DNA of 64,000 nt from NCBI RefSeq assembly GCF_009914755.1, contig NC_060930.1; one strand, given 5' to 3'. This document shows, piece by piece, positions 56,501 to 64,000 of the stretch. Every line of letters begins with the position of its first letter. Position 1 is the stretch's first letter. The position numbers and the translations under genes were made by a program. The DNA is from the human T2T-CHM13v2.0 reference genome, Homo sapiens. Below the pieces are notes generated by a model that searched no databases, was not told where the DNA came from, and saw only the letters and a program-made list of their open reading frames with translations.

Positions 56501-58870
56501 TCTAATTCATTTTGAATTTGTATTTCCAATAAAAAAATCTGTGTATTAAGTCTTTTTTTAGTAGTATGTATAAGTCAAGATACCCCAAATGGATCAAAGT
56601 GATCAATCTGAGTAAAAGAAAGAAAATCAGAGCTTTAGATTTGAAAACACACAGAGCATGCATGTGTGTGCATTTGTGGGAGCAGTGCTGGTAACCAATT
56701 AGCTTTGCTGGAGGTTTGTTCTGACATGGAGAATTGAGTAAAGCCTGCTCAGAGGGGTAAAAGAAACTGGGTATTCTCCTTTGGGCATTCAAGTAACTTT
56801 TCAAATATGCCACCAAATGAAATAGCAAAAAAAAAAAAAAAAAAATTGTCAATTGGCCTGCAACCCTTTACTGAATGAATTAAACTTTCTATGTTATCTT
56901 TGTCCTTGGCCACAAATAAGCTAAAAGGCATGGTGCTCCTTATTTTAAGAGTAATAGATCTAAATGCATTTTATTTGTATTTTTCATAGAAGCAACATTA
57001 GAAGGCAGCATTGACTTTTTTCCCACTCAGAAATATATAATTCATTGCAAAGATGGAACATATGCTTATTTCTGTAAAGCCTTCCCTCCCCACCCAGCAT
57101 CATTTATTCTCTACCAAGTATAGAACGAGAATACAAGTAATGCAGAAGCAGCAAATCTGTCTTCTGATTATTAACCCCCCAAGTACCTGAAAAAAGAAAA
57201 AAAAAAGAAGAAGAAAATAAGAGAAGCCTGGCACATAATAAAATCTCAGTCACTATTTTTTAGTACACGTTTGAATAAACCTGTGTTAAACAGAATAAAC
57301 TAAAATCTCCAAGTTATTGTATTAACTTTGAACCAAAAATCTGCTTCCTCAAATCTGTCTTTCAGATATATACCAACACCAACCTGAATTTCAGTCTGTA
57401 AGAGTATGTAAAACCAGAGGTCAATGCTCAATGTGTGTCTGAATTTGTGTGTATATGTGTGTGTGTGCGCATACATTTTTTTAAATACAGAAGTACTATT
57501 ACCAGTGCTTGGGCCTGGTAATAGTATATTACCTCTATACAGAGGTAAAATCCTCTGTATAGTCATAGCAAGGTTTTTTTTTTGTTTTTTGTTTTTTTTT
57601 TTTTGACAACGCATGCAGCTGAATTGTTTCTTCAATGTATAGGTTCAGCTATTACACAACAATAATTGGAATGGTAAACATAACATTTGAAATGTGACAG
57701 TTTTCTTTCTGATTTCCCCTCTTTTTTTCTGAAATTATAAGAAACTCAAAAACAATGCTCACTTTATTATACTATTTATATTGCTTCATGTTTACAATAT
57801 GTGTATGTTTGTGTCCATGGGAGAGAATGAAAGAGTAAGACCAAGAGAATGAAATTATTTTTGCCTTTAAAAACGTTTTTAACGAATTAATTTGAATAAT
57901 AATTTTAAAATGTGAAAAATAACATATTTCCCTATAATATTGGATCTAAAGTCTTCCGGGCCAGACATAAGAATTTTGCCAGATATGAGGTTTAGGATGA
58001 TAACAACTGCTATTGTTCGTATAAGACTTTCTGGTGATGCACTAAAATTACAATAGAACATCTGTAAAATGATGGTATCTGGCAGTACTACTAGACAATA
58101 ATCTGTATTACAGGTCTCTGCTAAATGATGTTTTCATCTTCAAAGTGAAATTATGTGACTTCTGTGATATTTAAATTCAGGCAGAAATGTACCATCAATA
58201 ATAATTTCATGGAGCAGTATTCATATTGTGGCTTATCATCCCCTTTGAAGTTGTTACGCAGTAGGTTTTGTTTCTTGGAGTTTAGGCAGCTTAAAAGCAG
58301 AATGGAAATCAATTACTTCTGTTTCAACACAAATCAGAGGATGTTTTCTAGGTAGATGCTCTGCATGTAGGGACTTTCAAGAACTCACCCATCTATGAAG
58401 CCTTCCCAACTTTTGACAGAGCTGGCTCTTGAAAGGAGATTGGAGGCACAGTGGATGTGAAAGGGAAAAGCAGCTAGAGATGCCATGAGAGCCAGGCATT
58501 GTCTGGTCACCAAGTCCTGCTTGTCCAGATAGTTCTAAAATCAGCAAAGATGGAGAACCTGGAGGCTGTCAAGTCCCTTTAATTTGGGGTCATTCTGAAA
58601 GTAAATCATTCTGTGACTTGTCCAAGTGATGACTAAACAGTTGATAAAATATTGATACTAGTTCTTTGCAGAAATCATGTTAAGATTTCTTTTGTAAAAG
58701 ACATCTTAAACTTTTCTTAAATTTCTATTCTCAGATAACTGTTAGGTGATTAATATTGCCTTGTTTTAGATATTATTGGAGAATGGAATGAAGCCCAGAT
58801 TCATAAAATTAATCATTCCAATAAAACTAAAAGGTTAATTTTTGTTTGTTTTTTGCTTTTACCCTGATAG

Positions 58871-59350
<480 letters not shown>

Positions 59351-60489
59351 TGAAAAACATTGAACTCATTTAAAAATATCTATGTGTCTGGGCTTAATAT
59401 TTTTTTTTAATTCGTTAAATTATAACAGACACATTTGTTTGGAATGTGCACTCTGGAGAAATCCTTTGTCTCCATATATCTTTTTTTAATTTAATGTCTT
59501 CACATATATCTCTTTGGATGGCACAAATACTGAAATTTAATTATAAATGCCTTTTTATATGTATCTGCAGTAAAATAAAGTATCTGCGTAAAATAAAATA
59601 AAAATAATATCACAAATGCTCTTTGGTATTTTACAGTGTAAGAAAGATTTTTAAACTTAATTAAACAGGAAGTATTTCTATGTTCTTTCTCCACACAATC
59701 ACTCTGTGAAATGATAACCAATGAATTTAACATCATTTCTTCTGGAACACTATGTGTACTTTCCAAACACTTAGAAATGAAAACGAAACTGAAGTTCCAC
59801 AATCTGGGAATAACATATGAATGTCAGAAACTCTTAAATTAAGTTAGTTAATAACAGCATATTTTCTGTGGTGCAGTCACAATAGGAACTTGAATGTTCA
59901 TCAGTATTTTTTCCAGTATTTCTAGGTCAATTCCTTTGGGAACTATTCACCTAAGGCTCATTATCAGTTCAACTATATTTTGATGTTTGCATTTATACCA
60001 GCACTTTCAATGCTGAAAATTTCTACTTTTGTCCACATTGATGCTGTTTCATATTAAAGATTTTGAATCAGTGATGAAAGATTTCTAGATTTACTATTGA
60101 CCCGGCATGAGAAGATGGGTAAACATTTTTTATTATTGTTTGTTAAAAATGTTTTGAAATTATTAATGTGACTATGATTGGAGTCATACACATTAACATT
60201 CACTTTTATTTCTGTGGAAACGAATTCCGTCTGGTAAAAATGCCATCTAGTTCAATATGATTCTCCTTAGGGAGTCTCTCAGAATTATAAATAGGCACAT
60301 CTATTATAATGTAAGCCAATTTCTGCTAAAATGAGTCAGCAGTTGACCTTAGATTGCTCATCAATAAAATTTTGTCTCTTTGCTTTGTGAGGTACACAGA
60401 GAACATTGAATTTTATTTACTAATGTCATCTAACCTTGTTTAAGAATAGAAAGGTCCTTTGCAGAATGTAACCGTAGTAATGTTGTATA

Positions 60490-61697
60490 CCATTATGCCC
60501 AGCATAACATTGTGGTCAATGATGGACTACATATACAATGGTGGCCTAGTAATATTATAATAGAGCTAAAAAATCCGAATCTCTTAGTTACACTGTAGCC
60601 ATCATAACATCCTAGTGCAAGGCAGTATGTGTTTATAGGGATGCTGGTGGAAACAAACATACGGTATTGCCTTTCATATAAAGTAGAGCACATACAATTA
60701 TGTACAGTACATAATATTTCATAATGATAATAAATGGCTATGCTACTGGCTTATGTATTTACTATATTGTACTGTTTATCATTATTTCAGAGTGTACTTT
60801 TACTATTTAAAAAAAAGTTAACTATAAAGTAGCCTCGGGAAGTCATTTGTGGAGATATCCAGAAGAGGATATTGTATAGGAGATGCCAGCTGTAAGCGTG
60901 TTATTGTCCTTAAAGACCTTCTAGTGAGACAAGCTGTGGAGGTGGAAGGCAGTAATACTGACGATCCCGACCCTGGGTAGGCTTAGGGTAATGTTTGTGT
61001 TTTTATCTTAGTTTTTAACAACAACAACAAAAATTTAAAAATAAATAAATAAATATAGAAAAGCTTATAGAATAGAGATATAAAGAAAGAAAATATTTCT
61101 GGGCAGCTATGTGTCTGTGTTTTAAGTTATGTCTCAATACGAGTCAAAAAGTTAAAAAATATTAAAAAGTTTGTAAAGTAAAAAAGTTACAGTATGTGTG
61201 TATAACTATGTAACAAAGTAAGGTTAATTTATTATTGAAGAAAGAAAATTATTTTTCATAAATTTAGCGTAACTTAAGTGTACAGTGTTTATATAAAATC
61301 TACAGTAGTATAGAATGGTGTTCTAGGCCTTCACATTCAATCACCACTAATTCACTGACTCACCCAAAAGAGCAACTTCCAGTCCTGCAAGCTCCCTTCA
61401 TGGTGATTGCTCAATATATGTGTACTGTTTTTATCTTTTGTACCATATTTTTATTATTTTTTCTATGTTTAGATACACAAATACTTATAATTATGTTACA
61501 ATTGCCTACATCAGTCAGTACAGTAACATGTTGCACAAGTCTATAGCCTGAGGAATAAGCTGTACCATATAGGTGTGTAGTAGGCTATGTACCCCAGGTT
61601 TGTATTAGTACACTCTATGAGGTTTGTGCTACAAAATTGCCTAATGATATAATTCTCAGAACATATCTTTATCATTACATTAAGTGACACATGACTG
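60490..61697 (+). mobile_element. Tigger3b-like non-autonomous DNA transposon
   Basis: ~1.2 kb with TA on both sides. Right TIR TAAGTGACACATGACTG; internal GCACATACAATTATGTACAGTACATAAT and CACTGACTCACCCA...CAGTCCTGCAAGCTCC. Confidence 0.9.
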
Positions 61698-62304
61698 TAT
61701 TTGTATGGTGTTGTTGAGTTTACAAAATGCTTTCATATACTAAATCCTATCTGATCTTCTCAAGTGTTACTGCCTATTGGCAGCCTCCAAATATTATGAT
61801 TCTCATTTGAAATTACACATGTAGTTATAATAAATCTAAGACTAGAACTCATCACTTTGTACTCCTAGTTCAATGGTTTTTTTTTCCATAACAGCTTGCT
61901 GCTTCTACTTGTAATCAATATCAGCAACTTCAAATGAAAATAATGTGAGCCTTTTTCAATACAAAAGGATTTATTTCTAGTTGAAATTATATATTTTCAT
62001 GGATTTTAGATAAAATATTTATTTTGGCAAACACACCAATACAGTAGTTTCATTGGTTCTTTAATTAGTGTTAATATTAAGAAAATAAAATTATTCACTT
62101 CTGATATAGTGAAGTCAAGAAGTGATTCAAATATATTACTTTTACATGATTCACAATTATAATTGTATTATTTATACCTATGGTTGCATAATAAATATGG
62201 CTTAAGTTATCTGAAATAATTATTTTGTGCTTATTATGGAATATAAATCTAATGGACAAAGCTTTGGGGATTACAAAGTTCAGAAAGAGAACTGCATTTG
62301 AAAT

Positions 62305-62475
62305 ACATCTTAATCCACTCAACAGATATTTGTTGAGTGCGTGCTATATGCCTGTCAGTTTTCTATGTGCTGAAAATACAGCTGTAAATAAGCAAGACAG
62401 AGCCTTGTCTGAGACAAAGAAATTTAGATTAAGTAGAGGGAGTGGGGGAGACCATAAAACAAGTAAAAAGTAATC
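62305..62475 (-). mobile_element. L2 3' end fragment
   Basis: CACTCAACAGATATTTGTTGAGTGCGTGCTATATGCC...AATACAGCTGTAAATAAGCAAGACA. Confidence 0.75.
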
Positions 62476-62688
62476 ACAATATATCAAGATGATTAGATAG
62501 TACAAGATTTGAGGGTTGGAAAGCAGGGTGCAAGCACTTCTGAAACAACCGTTAAGTGACTGTTTATGTAATTCTAGAGTAGGCAATTAAAAACTAGACT
62601 GAGGGGAGTGAAGGAAGGACAACTTGGAAGGCAAGGTCCTGGTGATCTAATAATTGTTACCCTTAATCTTTATCTGTGTGAATATCTG

Positions 62689-63205
62689 TGTATTAGTCAG
62701 GTTTCTCTAGAGGGATGGAACTAATAGGATGGAAGTATATATAAAAAGGAGTTGATTAAGGAGTATTGGCTCATACAGTCACAAGGTGAGGTCCCTCAAT
62801 AGGCTGTCTGCAAGCTGAGGAGCAAGGAAGCCAGTTGGAGATCCGAAACCTCAAAGGTAAGAAAGCCAACAGTGCAGCCTTCAGTCTGCGGTCAAAGGTC
62901 CAAGAGTCCCAAAGCTGAAGAACTTGGAGTCCGATGTTAGAGGGCAGGAAGTGGATGCACGGGAGAAAGATGCAGGCTGGGAGACTAAACCAGTCTAGTC
63001 TTTCCCCATTCTTCTGCCTGCTTTTATTCTGGCCACACTGGCAGCTGATTAGATGTTGTCCAGCCAGATTGAGGGTGGGTCTGCCTCTCCCAGTCCACTG
63101 GCTCAAATGTTAATCTCCTTTGGTAACACCCTCACAGACACACCCAGGAACAATATTTTGCATCCTTCAATCCAATCAAGTTGACACACAATATTAACCA
63201 TCACA
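62689..63205 (-). mobile_element. MLT2A (MLT2A2/A1; HERVL) solo LTR
   Basis: TGTATTAGTCAGGTTTCTCTAGAGGGA ... CAATCCAATCAAGTTGACACACAATATTAACCATCACA. Confidence 0.92.
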
Positions 63206-63616
63206 TTTTGTATATGAGCTTTTTTCTTATCTATAGTAATATAAAATGGTAAAATGGTTCTAAACTTTGAGTCTTGTAATAGTTTGTAATTCTTATTTCA
63301 AAGTAGACCAAACTGGGTTATCAGTTTTTGTGTGTATAGTAGTGATTTCTTCTTGTGAGATCTTGCTTATCTGTTAAGCATTATAAAACTTATCTGTGTT
63401 TTTATTCATTAAACATATATTTTTGAGGGTCTGCTATATTCTGCATTAAAGTAAGTGGAAGGAATACAACAGTGAACAAGACAAACATATTTCCAGCTTA
63501 CTTAGAGCTTTTATCTACATATATTTATCACTATTTTTCACTGCTGACTACATTTTGCTACAAATTCAGTTAGTGTGAGGGGAAACATAAACTTGGCCAA
63601 GTTATTATTTTCCTAG

Positions 63617-63696
63617 GAGTTTTATATATAGGAGAAATCAAGTTGGTGGTCGTTCTTTTTCTTACTTTTCAATATCACGAGTCCTAAACTGTCAAG
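63617..63696 (+). other. Candidate 80-nt internal exon (coding status unknown)
   Basis: Acceptor TTATTATTTTCCTAG|G and consensus donor AAG|GTAAGT in apparently non-repeat sequence. One open frame (SFIYRRNQVGGRSFSYFSISRVLNCQ). No homology recognised. Confidence 0.25.
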
Positions 63697-64000
63697 GTAA
63701 GTTACCTTTATCTATATTCCTTTTTGCTTTTAAATCAAGGTTTGAGATACTTGTATAGAGGATCATCTGCCAGTTTTTCATCAGGACTGCCTTCTCCTAT
63801 CTTTCTCCTTCATCCTTTCCTCTCTTACAGTAAATTTCCCTCTCCAAGTGTAGTCATGCCTTCCTCTGACTCAACATTCCATCTTCTGCCAGCTCCTGCC
63901 TACTTCTTAGAGAGTAGACAGGTGTGATATGAAGCAATGTGATGGCTAGATGGCAGGTACTTGTCAGCAAGAAAATGATAACTAAAACAAAAACTTTTTT

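Overview
This is AT-rich primate genomic DNA, most likely human (it contains AluY, THE1C, MER52 and MLT2A). I see no supportable protein-coding gene, RNA gene or prokaryote-type system. The ORF-track ORFs I could place are L1, Alu or LTR remnants, and the rest are short with no recognisable protein motif. Roughly half the window is interspersed repeat: two essentially full-length old L1s (L1MA2-like and L1PA16-like), an L1PA7/L1PB1 composite, 7 Alus, several solo LTRs (MLT1, THE1C, MER52, MLT2A), DNA transposon fossils (Tigger3b, MER33, MER63A, MER5A, MER117, half MADE1), a MamSINE1 and many L2/MIR pieces. The most interesting signals are structural. (1) A ~2.56 kb inversion (10975-13534) broke a full-length L1MA and left a 31-bp inverted duplication at its breakpoints. 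(2) An old L1PB1 insertion appears to carry a ~0.2 kb 3' transduction inside a perfect 13-bp TSD, with a twin-primed L1PA7 nested in it. (3) There are several template-switch-like inverted duplications, a 76-bp tandem duplication and a palindromic MITE-like hairpin. Repeat subfamily names come from recalled consensus sequences and need RepeatMasker/Dfam confirmation. I could not identify the locus, and I found no convincing novel biological system.
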